A DNA stretch of 64,000 bases from Candidatus Poribacteria bacterium (GTDB lineage: Bacteria > Poribacteria > WGA-4E > WGA-3G). The notes under the pieces were generated by a model, which was given only the letters and a program-made list of their open reading frames with translations, searched no databases and had not been told where the DNA came from. Positions 27,321 through 36,073 of the stretch are shown here, piece after piece (the first letter of the stretch is position 1; each line of letters begins with the position of its first letter). The position numbers and the translations under genes are program-made. Location of the stretch: NCBI GenBank assembly GCA_012270865.1, contig JAAXHL010000056.1, positions 26,292 to 90,291 on the forward strand. The letters run 5' to 3'.

Positions 27321-28571
27321 ATGGATATAAAATACACAGATCAACAGATAGTGGAACTAATTGCTGAACGTAAAGTTTTACCAGATGATTGGCGTACCCA
27401 ACTCAATGAGCATAACAGTTTGTATATTATCGGGGAAAATGGTAACCGTTTCCGTCTCATAATCAATCAGAATGAGAAATATCCATCAGATTTTTCGGTA
27501 ATCTTAGCGGTTATAAATCCTAAAACTGGTGCGACTTTTCGGATCCGTCGCTATAACGGTATGCCTAAGCGTCCACACAACAACAAAATTGAAAAACAAA
27601 AAATTTATGGTTACCATATTCACTTTGCTACAGAGCGGTATCAGGCGAGAGGTTATGATGAGGAGGCTTATGCAGAAGAGACAGACCGGTATAATAATTT
27701 TGAAGGCGCGCTACAGTGTCTTATACAAGATGCGAACTTTGAATTACCTGCACAGTTGGAATTAAAACTTTTTTTGGGGGTGAGAACAATGTCAGTAAAA
27801 AAAATAGAAAAAGACTTCATTGATAAGGTTTCCGCAGAGATACAACTCTCAGCAGATGGCAAAGACCGTTTCCTCGTTTTTACGCCATTTCATTTCAACG
27901 ATGGGGATCAGTTGGTTATTGTACTAAAAAAGATGGGCGGTAGGTGGGTGCTCTCAGACGAGGCACATACCTATATGCACCTTTCATACTATATGGATGA
28001 ACAGAGACTTCATAGCGGAAACCGTCAAAAGTTAATTTTAAAGGCTCTATCCATGTTTCAAGTTGAAGACTATGATGGGGAATTGGTTATTGATGTCTCT
28101 AATGGTCATTATGGGGAAGCACTTTATGACTTTGTTCAGGCACTACTCAAGATTATTGACGTTACATATTTATCAAGAGAAACAGTTCGATCAACATTTA
28201 TAGACGATTTTCGTGCCTTTTTGTATCAGAAGGTAGAATCAAGGCGCATGACATTCGACTGGCAACATCCGACAAATGATCCCGATGGAATTTACAAAGT
28301 AGACTGTAGAATAAACGGAAAGGTCCCTCCATTATTTGTGTTTGCCTTAAATAACAGTGCTAAAACGCAAGCAGCCACAATTGCATTACACCAGTTCAGG
28401 GCATGGGGGATTGATTACCAACCTATAGGCGTTTTTGAGAAAGAGAATGCGACAACTCGCGATGTACTCTTACGTTTCAACGATGTTTGTGATACATATT
28501 TCACTGATATAATCAAAAACGGCGAAGAAATTAGACGATATTTGCAAGATTATATGTCAGGCAAAGGATAA
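27321..28571 (+). CDS. fusion protein: unknown ~150-aa N-terminal domain plus DUF1828/DUF1829-like region
   Basis: 416-418 aa. The second half, FLVFTPFHFNDGDQLVIVLKKMGGRWVLSDEAHTYMHL, matches my memory of the DUF1828 pattern. The N-terminal domain (..RRYNGMPKRPHNNKIEKQKIYGYHIHFATERYQ..) was not recognised. Looks AT-rich. Confidence 0.7.
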   Translation: MDIKYTDQQIVELIAERKVLPDDWRTQLNEHNSLYIIGENGNRFRLIINQNEKYPSDFSVILAVINPKTGATFRIRRYNGMPKRPHNNKIEKQKIYGYHIHFATERYQARGYDEEAYAEETDRYNNFEGALQCLIQDANFELPAQLELKLFLGVRTMSVKKIEKDFIDKVSAEIQLSADGKDRFLVFTPFHFNDGDQLVIVLKKMGGRWVLSDEAHTYMHLSYYMDEQRLHSGNRQKLILKALSMFQVEDYDGELVIDVSNGHYGEALYDFVQALLKIIDVTYLSRETVRSTFIDDFRAFLYQKVESRRMTFDWQHPTNDPDGIYKVDCRINGKVPPLFVFALNNSAKTQAATIALHQFRAWGIDYQPIGVFEKENATTRDVLLRFNDVCDTYFTDIIKNGEEIRRYLQDYMSGKG

Positions 28572-28605
28572 CAAGTGATATAAAACGTAACAAGGAGCCT
28601 ATTGA

Positions 28606-29706
28606 ATGTCTAATACAACCCCAGTCCGGACGGTGATTGTTGGATGTGGTATGATATCCGCGGGCGGTTATCAGCCGCGTTGTCAAGCGTATCCGCATCG
28701 GATTGAATTGGTCGGTTTCTACGACCAAGATGAAACACGCGCCGCAGCGTTAGCAGAACGAAACGGCGGACACGTCTATAAATCGCTTGAGGAAGTCCTG
28801 AACGATCCGAATGTAGAAGCGATTGTGAATTTGACGCTTCATATTTCGCATTACCCAATCTCATTGGCTGCGCTAAAGGCAGGGAAACACGTCTATTCTG
28901 AAAAACCGATCTCTATCCGTACCGACGAGGCAAACGAACTCGTCGAAACAGCGGAAACGATGGGTCTAAAGCTGGCGTGCGCGCCGTCTGCGATCCTCGG
29001 TTATGTTCAGCAGAACGTTTGGCAACGGATTCGTGAGGGTGAGATTGGCGATGTCATCTCTGCAATTGGGAACTTCGGGGGTCCCTTAGAACATTGGCAT
29101 CCGAGTGCGGATGCGTTTCTGATGCACGCCGGCCCATTCAGGGACGTTGCACCTTATCCGTTAACCGCAATGACGACTATGATCGCGCCGGTCAAGACGG
29201 TTCACGGGTTCGCACGGGTCGCTGTGCCAAAGCGGACGTTAACCCAAGGACCGCGTCAAGGCACTGAGTTTGAAGTGAACGAGAAGGATCACGGGTTCGC
29301 TGTGCTTGAATTCGAGAACGGTGCCCACGGGTTCATCTATCACAGTTTTACGGTTACTTCGCAGATTCCGCCCTACGAAATCCACGGTACGGCAGGCGGG
29401 TTCTCGCTTCAGGCACACGACGATGGACGCGGTATCAAGAAATTCACACCGCAAGGCGGATGGCAAGATGAAGACTCGCCGCCGAAAGCCTTTACGGGAT
29501 TGGATTGGGGTAAAGGGGTCGCAGATTTCGCAGATGCGATTCGGGCTGACAGGCATCCGAGGTGTAACGGCGCGCAGGCGCGGCACGTCTTAGAGGTATG
29601 CGAACGCGTCATCGAATCGTCCGACAAAAGGCGACCCGTTGATGTTGTGAGCCGTTTCCCTGATCCACCACCTGTTGACGATGTGGCACCGTGGGAAGAC
29701 GCGTAG
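28606..29706 (+). CDS. Gfo/Idh/MocA family oxidoreductase
   Basis: 366 aa. VRTVIVGCGMISAGGY Rossmann start and EKP motif (YSEKPIS). Confidence 0.85.
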   Translation: MSNTTPVRTVIVGCGMISAGGYQPRCQAYPHRIELVGFYDQDETRAAALAERNGGHVYKSLEEVLNDPNVEAIVNLTLHISHYPISLAALKAGKHVYSEKPISIRTDEANELVETAETMGLKLACAPSAILGYVQQNVWQRIREGEIGDVISAIGNFGGPLEHWHPSADAFLMHAGPFRDVAPYPLTAMTTMIAPVKTVHGFARVAVPKRTLTQGPRQGTEFEVNEKDHGFAVLEFENGAHGFIYHSFTVTSQIPPYEIHGTAGGFSLQAHDDGRGIKKFTPQGGWQDEDSPPKAFTGLDWGKGVADFADAIRADRHPRCNGAQARHVLEVCERVIESSDKRRPVDVVSRFPDPPPVDDVAPWEDA

Positions 29707-29726
29707 GAGGGTGAGACTACCTCCCC

Positions 29727-30545
29727 CTACAAGGCATCGCGGAGCATTTCCACGCTTTGTGGGACACCGACGTGTGCATCCGCCTTCCCTTCAAATTCGA
29801 TGGATACGTATCCTTGGAATCCGACTTCTTTTAAAATCTTACCGATTTTAGCGTAATCCAGATCCAGCGTATACCATTCACCTTCACCGTAATAGGTTTT
29901 GGCGTGGACGAGTACCGCTTCATCCGCAATCTGTTCGAGTTTTTGATATGGGTCCGAAAGGAAATTCCCACAATCCATTATTACCTTCAACCACTCCGAA
30001 TCAATAGCAGAGACGATACGGTTGACACCTTCAGGGGTGCAGGTCAGTCCCCAGTGATTCTCGAGTCCGAGGACGACACCGCATTTTTCGGCATCAGGGA
30101 GGCATTTTTCGATGGAGGCGATGACCCATTCAAATGCCTCATCTTCTGTGTGTCCAGGGAGTGTCGGTTCCTGCCCTTCGGATTTCATCAATTCGTTGAA
30201 GGACGGGACAGTTCCCCATCGTCCTGAGTTGAGACGGATAGAAGGGATACCGAGTTCGTGTGCCAATCGGATACAATGGATGGTGTGATTGATGTTTTTT
30301 TGCCGCGTCGCCGCATCCGGTGAGACGAAGCCTTGATGGATGGAGAGCGCGTAGAGATCAAGTCCATTGATGAAAGCGAGTCGTTTCAGTTTCTGAAGAT
30401 ACGGATTTGCTTCCGATGCCATCTGTTGATGTAAGATTTCAATGCCGTCGAGTTCGAGTCGTGCAGCTTCTTCAATGACGTGTTCAATCGGAACACGCTC
30501 AGGTTTGAAATGCCAATAGGAATAAGTGGATACACCGAGTTTCAA
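29727..30545 (-). CDS. sugar phosphate isomerase/epimerase (xylose-isomerase-like TIM barrel)
   Basis: 272 aa. MKLGVSTYSY...LDGIEIL start and LENHWG motif. Confidence 0.85.
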   Translation of the reverse strand: MKLGVSTYSYWHFKPERVPIEHVIEEAARLELDGIEILHQQMASEANPYLQKLKRLAFINGLDLYALSIHQGFVSPDAATRQKNINHTIHCIRLAHELGIPSIRLNSGRWGTVPSFNELMKSEGQEPTLPGHTEDEAFEWVIASIEKCLPDAEKCGVVLGLENHWGLTCTPEGVNRIVSAIDSEWLKVIMDCGNFLSDPYQKLEQIADEAVLVHAKTYYGEGEWYTLDLDYAKIGKILKEVGFQGYVSIEFEGKADAHVGVPQSVEMLRDAL

Positions 30546-30646
30546 TTTTTCACCTCAGTATGGAGTGTTTATTTCTATTATGATACCATAACTCGGCATG
30601 TAAAATCCACCCTTTTTGTTTTAAGGGCCAGATGAATTAAAAAAAC

Positions 30647-30675
30647 TTGATTTTTTCAAGAAATAAGAGTATAAT
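30647..30675 (+). promoter_or_regulatory. sigma70-type promoter placed for a leaderless transcript
   Basis: TTGATT, 17 nt, TATAAT. The -10 element ends 6 nt before the ATG at 30682. Confidence 0.5.
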
Positions 30676-30681
30676 ACCCTC

Positions 30682-31581
30682 ATGCGTCAATTTGATCCCG
30701 TCGTGAAACATATTTTGGATCGCTTCGGTCCCGAGTTCGCAAGGCTGCTTTTCAATGAACCTGGGCTTCAAGTTCTCCAAAGATTGGACACACAACAATT
30801 GAGCATAAAAGTGCATCAAAACGATATGACGTTTAAGGTGCAGCGTGCCAATGGTGAAGTTTTTCTGCAGCATATAGAAGTGCAAACAACGGATAGTACT
30901 GATATCCCGATGCCTCTTCGTGTCTTAGGTTACGCAAGTGCATTGGTTTTACGCTATCGGCTGCCTGTCTATTCTATGGTGTTGTATCTCTCTAGAAACG
31001 CGGGACGGACCGACCCCGGCACCTACGAGTATCAAGCAGAGGGTCTGGGTTTGCGTTTGGACTATAAAGTTATCCGTTTTGCTGAGTTAGAGGGCGGGAC
31101 ATTTTTAGAGCAGGCGACTATCGGTTTGCTACCGTTTACGCCGCTGATGAAGCCGCCTGCGGGTATGAGTCCTGAGGCGTGGGTAGAGGCGTGTGTTGCG
31201 AAGACGTATGATGCCCCGGTAGACTCTGAAACGCGTTCCACGTTGTTATTTGCGTTATCACTTCTTGGGAGCTTGGCACACGGGTCAGAACTATTTCAGC
31301 AGTTAATATCGGAGGAAATCATGCAAGAGTCTCCATTTTACGAAGTTGTTTTGCAGCGCGGTATAACGCAAGGCATAGCGCGCGGGGCACGTGAGACGAC
31401 TATCAAAAATATCCTCACCGTTCTGGACACAAGATTCTCTGAAAGCGACACACGTCCAGCAGCCACGGCACTTGAGGCAATCGTTGATAAAGAACGGCTG
31501 GATCAAATCCTGAATACCGCACTCGTAGCAGCTACGTTCAGCGATTTCTTGCAAGCACTGCACTCAGAGTCGCGTGTCTAA
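30682..31581 (+). CDS. Rpn/YhgA-like PD-(D/E)XK protein with DUF4351-like C-terminus
   Basis: 299 aa. DMTFKVQRANGEVFLQHIEVQT core and the C-terminal ESPFYEVVLQRGITQGIARGARE segment typical of this putative-transposase-like family. Confidence 0.7.
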   Translation: MRQFDPVVKHILDRFGPEFARLLFNEPGLQVLQRLDTQQLSIKVHQNDMTFKVQRANGEVFLQHIEVQTTDSTDIPMPLRVLGYASALVLRYRLPVYSMVLYLSRNAGRTDPGTYEYQAEGLGLRLDYKVIRFAELEGGTFLEQATIGLLPFTPLMKPPAGMSPEAWVEACVAKTYDAPVDSETRSTLLFALSLLGSLAHGSELFQQLISEEIMQESPFYEVVLQRGITQGIARGARETTIKNILTVLDTRFSESDTRPAATALEAIVDKERLDQILNTALVAATFSDFLQALHSESRV

Positions 31582-31593
31582 ATATTATGTTTA

Positions 31594-31670
31594 GGACTTA
31601 CGCAATTTTCTATGTGTTATCTGCGATAGGCGGGGTTACAAACCCCGCCTACAAAGGGGTTGCGTAAGTT
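31594..31670. terminator. nested palindrome between convergent genes (possible bidirectional terminator)
   Basis: Outer ACTTACGCAA / TTGCGTAAGT around inner GGCGGGGTT-ACA-AACCCCGCC (31629-31649). A degenerate copy of the inner motif lies at about 47703-47725. Confidence 0.5.
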
Positions 31671-31732
31671 CTAATGTTATAGAAACGGGTTATCAAAATC
31701 AGGGTTTCAGGGTTTTTCCTTCATGAGGACGT

Positions 31733-32794
31733 TTATTTAGAAATAGCATCAGGTCTATCTGTTACTGCTTCTGCGACCAGTCGTTCTAAATCTGGTTCTC
31801 TCCCTTTGCACGATATCAACTTGTGGTTGGCTTCATGAGCGATCAACGTGCCATCCCTATCAATAAGCCACCGTGCTGGAATAGATTTAACATCATACTG
31901 TTGTACCAGGGGACTCTGCCGTTCTTGTCCACTGTAAACCTGCCGCCAAGGAATGTCATTTTCCTTGAGAAAGTTACGCAGCTTCGCTTCGTCAGTGTCG
32001 AGGCTGACACCGATGACATCAAATCCCTGATCCCTATAAGTATCGTAAATATTCTTGATATTCAGTATATCCGTGATGCAGAAACCGTTCCAGACCGCCC
32101 AGAAATCGAGTAGAACGACTTGCCCGCGATAGTCCCGCAGCGAGATCGGTTTTCCATTGAAATCAGTTGTGGAAAAATCGGGAACAGGTTTTCCGAGCAA
32201 ACCCAACGGCGGCGTAACCTTTCTACGGTATTCCATTGCGCGTTCGGCGTTGCCTAACTCTTCATGAATCTGTGCAAGAAGGGTTTTAGAATTGAAAATT
32301 TTGAAACGGTCAATAAGTTGATCTATATCCTTTTCCCGTCCAGCTTCAATATAGAGACGAATAAGTATGCGGTAGATATAGAAAAAATTTTCATCGTTTG
32401 GGTGTTGCTGAAGTTTCGCTTCCAAATCGGTGATAGATTTTTCAACGGTTGCCTCGTTGATATCTTCGCCCGGATTTTGTGGCTTGATTTCGACTCCCGC
32501 AGACGACTTTAGCAGTTCTAAATACCGAGGTATCCGCTCACGGCGAGGCAGATAATATGGATGAAACAGACTCATATTGTGTAGATGTCCGATCACTTCC
32601 AAATCTGGGGTAAGCGTCAGAATGTCCACAGAATCGGTGTAATTTTGTCGGAGTTTCGCTGCTAAGGCGGCTGCGTTTGCGCCTCTGGTACCCCTCTGTA
32701 GTTCGGGTAACTCTCTCAGTAGAACCCAGACATTCACAAAATGCGTGTTGAGCAGATTGATAATTTTCGGTGAGGAGAGCGGACCCGCTCTCAA
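31733..32794 (-). CDS. TPR + TlpA-like thioredoxin-fold protein (WNGFC instead of WCxxC); probably the C-terminal part of a longer UGA-containing ORF
   Basis: 353 aa from a TTG with no clear SD. In frame with ORF 32810..33625 and separated from it by a single TGA. TlpA module GQVVLLDFWAVWNGFCITD. Confidence 0.75.
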   Translation of the reverse strand: MRAGPLSSPKIINLLNTHFVNVWVLLRELPELQRGTRGANAAALAAKLRQNYTDSVDILTLTPDLEVIGHLHNMSLFHPYYLPRRERIPRYLELLKSSAGVEIKPQNPGEDINEATVEKSITDLEAKLQQHPNDENFFYIYRILIRLYIEAGREKDIDQLIDRFKIFNSKTLLAQIHEELGNAERAMEYRRKVTPPLGLLGKPVPDFSTTDFNGKPISLRDYRGQVVLLDFWAVWNGFCITDILNIKNIYDTYRDQGFDVIGVSLDTDEAKLRNFLKENDIPWRQVYSGQERQSPLVQQYDVKSIPARWLIDRDGTLIAHEANHKLISCKGREPDLERLVAEAVTDRPDAISK

Positions 32795-32812
32795 AGATTT
32801 GCCCGACCCTCA
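32771..32812 (-). promoter_or_regulatory. in-frame UGA plus candidate bacterial SECIS hairpin
   Basis: UGA at 32810-32812. 17 nt downstream lies GAGAGCG-GGUC-CGCUCUC (32775-32792). UGAG can also pair with the CUCA that flanks the hairpin. Confidence 0.5.
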
Positions 32813-33625
32813 GCAGGATTCATCGTCGAGTACGCCAAATAAAAGCACCGCGTGAATCGGACGATTCAATGCTTTCGCACGTTCAACAGCATCTTCAATC
32901 GGGGTCCACGCAATTTCAGTGAACTTGTAAAGCGCGTTCCGAAACTTCTCCCCAACTACTTCCGCAGTGATAGCAGTTTCCCAAGCGATCGGTTTCGGTT
33001 GCTCCTCTGATAAACCACAGAGCTCCATGCGAGGCACAAACCCTATATCGGCAGTTCTAAAGGCTCCGATATCGACGTTGCTATTGTGAGATGGAAGCGA
33101 TAAGGTGAATCGACAAATCGCTCCGTTATTGCGGTTGATGATCAGATGTCCAAAAAACTGTGCGGGTCTAAAATAGGCACCGATGGACGTGTCCAGCGTA
33201 AAGCGCGCATGGATTCGGAAGACAATATCGGCATATTCAGGCGAAATTGCCCGTAAACACGCCTTTGCACCCTTCTGACCATGCCTGAGATTCATTGTTG
33301 CACTGCGGTGAAACTGACGAAGAAACGGGAGGATCCCGTCCGGGTCCAAGTCCCAGACATCCCCAACGTTAACAGTTGACGGTGGAAGAAAGACTTGAAA
33401 ATCCGTTGTGTTGTAGCGTTTCAATGGCTGCGTAGGTCCCGGATTGAATAATTTTAGCCACTGCTCCCATGTCATATCCACCGGTTCATGCCATTGTGCC
33501 TTGGATCGATTAAACTTTTCTTCTGTCGCCCAATGCAAGTTATTCGCTGTGTTCTCGATCGGATCCCAATGCGCCTGCACTGGGATATGCTCCGAAGTTT
33601 TCAGTACATTACGAAGGTCTATCAA
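32810..33625 (-). CDS. hypothetical protein ending in ...LLFGVLDDESC-TGA; probably the N-terminal part of a Sec-containing thioredoxin-fold protein
   Basis: 271 aa. TTG start 7 nt after GGGAG. Stop codon is TGA. See the finding on the UGA junction. Confidence 0.75.
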   Translation of the reverse strand: MIDLRNVLKTSEHIPVQAHWDPIENTANNLHWATEEKFNRSKAQWHEPVDMTWEQWLKLFNPGPTQPLKRYNTTDFQVFLPPSTVNVGDVWDLDPDGILPFLRQFHRSATMNLRHGQKGAKACLRAISPEYADIVFRIHARFTLDTSIGAYFRPAQFFGHLIINRNNGAICRFTLSLPSHNSNVDIGAFRTADIGFVPRMELCGLSEEQPKPIAWETAITAEVVGEKFRNALYKFTEIAWTPIEDAVERAKALNRPIHAVLLFGVLDDESC

Positions 33626-33734
33626 TGTCTTGCTCCCATTATTAGGACGATTTATGGTGAATTATCAAAATATGTGGATAATCTTGTAGGGCATCCCTTG
33701 TAGATGTCCGCTAAAATCTACTATAGTAAACACC

Positions 33735-34949
33735 CTATTGATTCGCAGATTTATCCTTAAGTGCTTCCACCACAAGCCGTTCTAAGTCTTCACCTCTCGC
33801 TTTATGCGAAATTAATTTGCCATCTCTATCAATAAGCCACTGTTCTGGAATACCACGGACACCGTATTGCCGGACAAGAGAATCGGCACCCCTTGCGCCA
33901 TCAAAAATTTGCCGCCATTGGATGTCGTTCTCTTTGATATAGTCCCGAAGCTCCTTTTCCGTATCATCAAGACTGACAGCGATGATGTCAAACCCTCGAT
34001 CTTTGTAGGTATCGTAAACGCTTTTGAGATTCGGCATTTCGGTGATGCAGAAACCACACCACACTGCCCAAAAGTCGAGCAAGACAACTTTCCCACGATA
34101 ATCCTGCAGCGAAATCGGATTCCCATCAAGGTCGGTTGCGGCAAAGTCTGTCACAGGTTTTCCCCACAATTCATATTTCGGATCAGCCTTGCGGTCATAT
34201 ATATCGGCGAGTTCAGTATTTCCCAATTCCCTATAGATGTGGGCAATTCGCCAGAGGATAGGTTCGGCATCCGGGTGCTGCTGCTCCGCCTCCTTAAAAA
34301 TCTCAAGCATTTCCTCGTATCGCTCGTCTCTCCTAAGCACATCGAATAACATTCGATAATGATCAAGGTCCTTTGTTGGGTCTGACTTGAGACGTTCTAT
34401 AATGACATTTGCAGACTGTTCGTTTCCGACTTTAGTGTAGAGTCTGATAAGTTGTGGATAGACTTCGGAGACACGCGGGTTATCTGGCTGTCGCGCAAGG
34501 GCATCCTCAAAAGCAGTTATCGCTGCTTCGGAACTCCCGTAAAGGTCTTCCGGTGTGAATTCCCAAACAGCAGATGACGTGTAGATTTTTGAAGAGAAAC
34601 TCAGGTTCAAACACCCAAAATCTTCGTTCTCGTGATGTCGGCAACGGACAAGGGGCATAACATCACCATATATCAAGCGTTGTTTGCTTTTCTCATCTCG
34701 GTATTCAGGGTGAAACTGATACCCATAACTCACCGGCATTTTCGGATCTGCGTTCAGGGAAAAGATGGTCTCGCCACCCGCTTCGTCCGCAGGACAGATC
34801 AAGGTACTCGCATCTGCCAAATATTTCGGATGAAGGTCTGAAAGCCAGTCAGGAAAATCAGCGTGCTCTTTCTTATATGCCTCAATCGCCTTGCCAATCG
34901 CAACCAAATTTTGCGTACAGGTTTCAATATTCTTCTCGTGCTGTTTCAT
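33735..34949 (-). CDS. TPR + TlpA-like thiol-disulfide oxidoreductase (WCGFC)
   Basis: 404 aa. C-terminal GKVVLLDFWAVWCGFCITEMP with TPR-like repeats upstream. Paralogue of the two neighbouring genes. Confidence 0.85.
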   Translation of the reverse strand: MKQHEKNIETCTQNLVAIGKAIEAYKKEHADFPDWLSDLHPKYLADASTLICPADEAGGETIFSLNADPKMPVSYGYQFHPEYRDEKSKQRLIYGDVMPLVRCRHHENEDFGCLNLSFSSKIYTSSAVWEFTPEDLYGSSEAAITAFEDALARQPDNPRVSEVYPQLIRLYTKVGNEQSANVIIERLKSDPTKDLDHYRMLFDVLRRDERYEEMLEIFKEAEQQHPDAEPILWRIAHIYRELGNTELADIYDRKADPKYELWGKPVTDFAATDLDGNPISLQDYRGKVVLLDFWAVWCGFCITEMPNLKSVYDTYKDRGFDIIAVSLDDTEKELRDYIKENDIQWRQIFDGARGADSLVRQYGVRGIPEQWLIDRDGKLISHKARGEDLERLVVEALKDKSANQ

Positions 34950-35006
34950 ATCAGTATTTTCCTTTCAAATTTCTAAGATGTTTGCATAAGTCTTGGACAC
35001 GTTTAA

Positions 35007-35666
35007 CTATTCATCCTCGATTTTGTCTCGAAGTGCTTCTACTACGAGCCGCCCTAACTTCACGCCTCTCGCCTCACGTGAGATTAACGTGCCATCTCTA
35101 TCAATAAGCCACAGTGCGGGAATAGAACGAATATGATACTTTTGTGCCAGCGGACTTCTCCACTTCTGCCCGCTAAAAATCTGCCGCCAAGGGATGTTGT
35201 TCTCCTTAAGGTAGTTTCGGAGTCTCGTTTCATCTGTGTCAAGGTTAACCCCGATAATGTCAAATCCTTCATCTTTATAGGTATCGTAAACGCTTTTGAC
35301 GTTTGGCATCTCTGCGAGACAGGGACCGCACCAGATTGCCCAGAAGTCGAGTAGGATGACTTTCCCACGATATTGTTGCAGCGAGATCGGTTTACCATCA
35401 AGGTCAGTTGCGGAAAAGTCAGGCACGACCTTTCCTACAAGTTCCGACATCGGATCCATCTTTTTCCGATATTCCGCGGCGAGTTCGGAATTACCGAGTT
35501 CCTCATGAATTCGGGCGAGCTCCTCAAGGACATAGCGATTGTTCGGATGGCGTTTCTCAAATTTCTCGAAAACCGCAACGGCGAAAATAACGAAACTTTT
35601 CATCGTGGTGTCAACGAGAAATTTCAGCAATGGGTCTGCATAGAGTGTCTCAATGAATTGCATCAT
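35007..35666 (-). CDS. membrane-anchored TlpA-like thiol-disulfide oxidoreductase (WCGPC) with BlaR1-like N-terminal stub
   Basis: 219 aa. N-terminus MMQFIETLYADPLLKFLVDTTMKSFVIFAVAV resembles the first TM of BlaR1/M56 sensors. ATGA overlap with the blaI-like gene. Confidence 0.8.
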   Translation of the reverse strand: MMQFIETLYADPLLKFLVDTTMKSFVIFAVAVFEKFEKRHPNNRYVLEELARIHEELGNSELAAEYRKKMDPMSELVGKVVPDFSATDLDGKPISLQQYRGKVILLDFWAIWCGPCLAEMPNVKSVYDTYKDEGFDIIGVNLDTDETRLRNYLKENNIPWRQIFSGQKWRSPLAQKYHIRSIPALWLIDRDGTLISREARGVKLGRLVVEALRDKIEDE

Positions 35667-36052
35667 GACGAAGTGTCTCCTTTTTTCGCTTGCACGATGA
35701 GTTGGCTTAAACGGTCAAGCTCCTCATCTGAGAGGTCAACTTCGGAAACCAGCGCGATGACCGTTTTTTCAATGGATTTATCAAAAAACGTCTGAAAAAT
35801 CTGTTTGAGCGCGGAACGTCCCGCCTGATGGCGCGGTTGCGTCGGACGATAGATATAACGTTTACCATCTTTTTTATGTGTGAGATACCCTTTTTCTTCT
35901 AAAATCCGCAACAGTGCCCGAACTGTAGAGTAAGTTGGCGGATCCGGGAGGTCCTCAAGGACATCGAAAACAGAAGCGCAACCGCGCTGGTAGACGATAT
36001 CCATGATTTGCCGTTCCCGCCGACTCAACTTGACGGTGCCGTAGTCTTCCAT
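35663..36052 (-). CDS. BlaI/MecI/CopY family transcriptional repressor
   Basis: 129 aa. LSRRERQIMDIVYQRG...TYSTVRALLRILEEKGYLTHKKDGKRYIYRP winged-helix signature. Confidence 0.9.
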   Translation of the reverse strand: MEDYGTVKLSRRERQIMDIVYQRGCASVFDVLEDLPDPPTYSTVRALLRILEEKGYLTHKKDGKRYIYRPTQPRHQAGRSALKQIFQTFFDKSIEKTVIALVSEVDLSDEELDRLSQLIVQAKKGDTSS

Positions 36053-36073
36053 TTTTTCACCTCTTCTGAGAAT

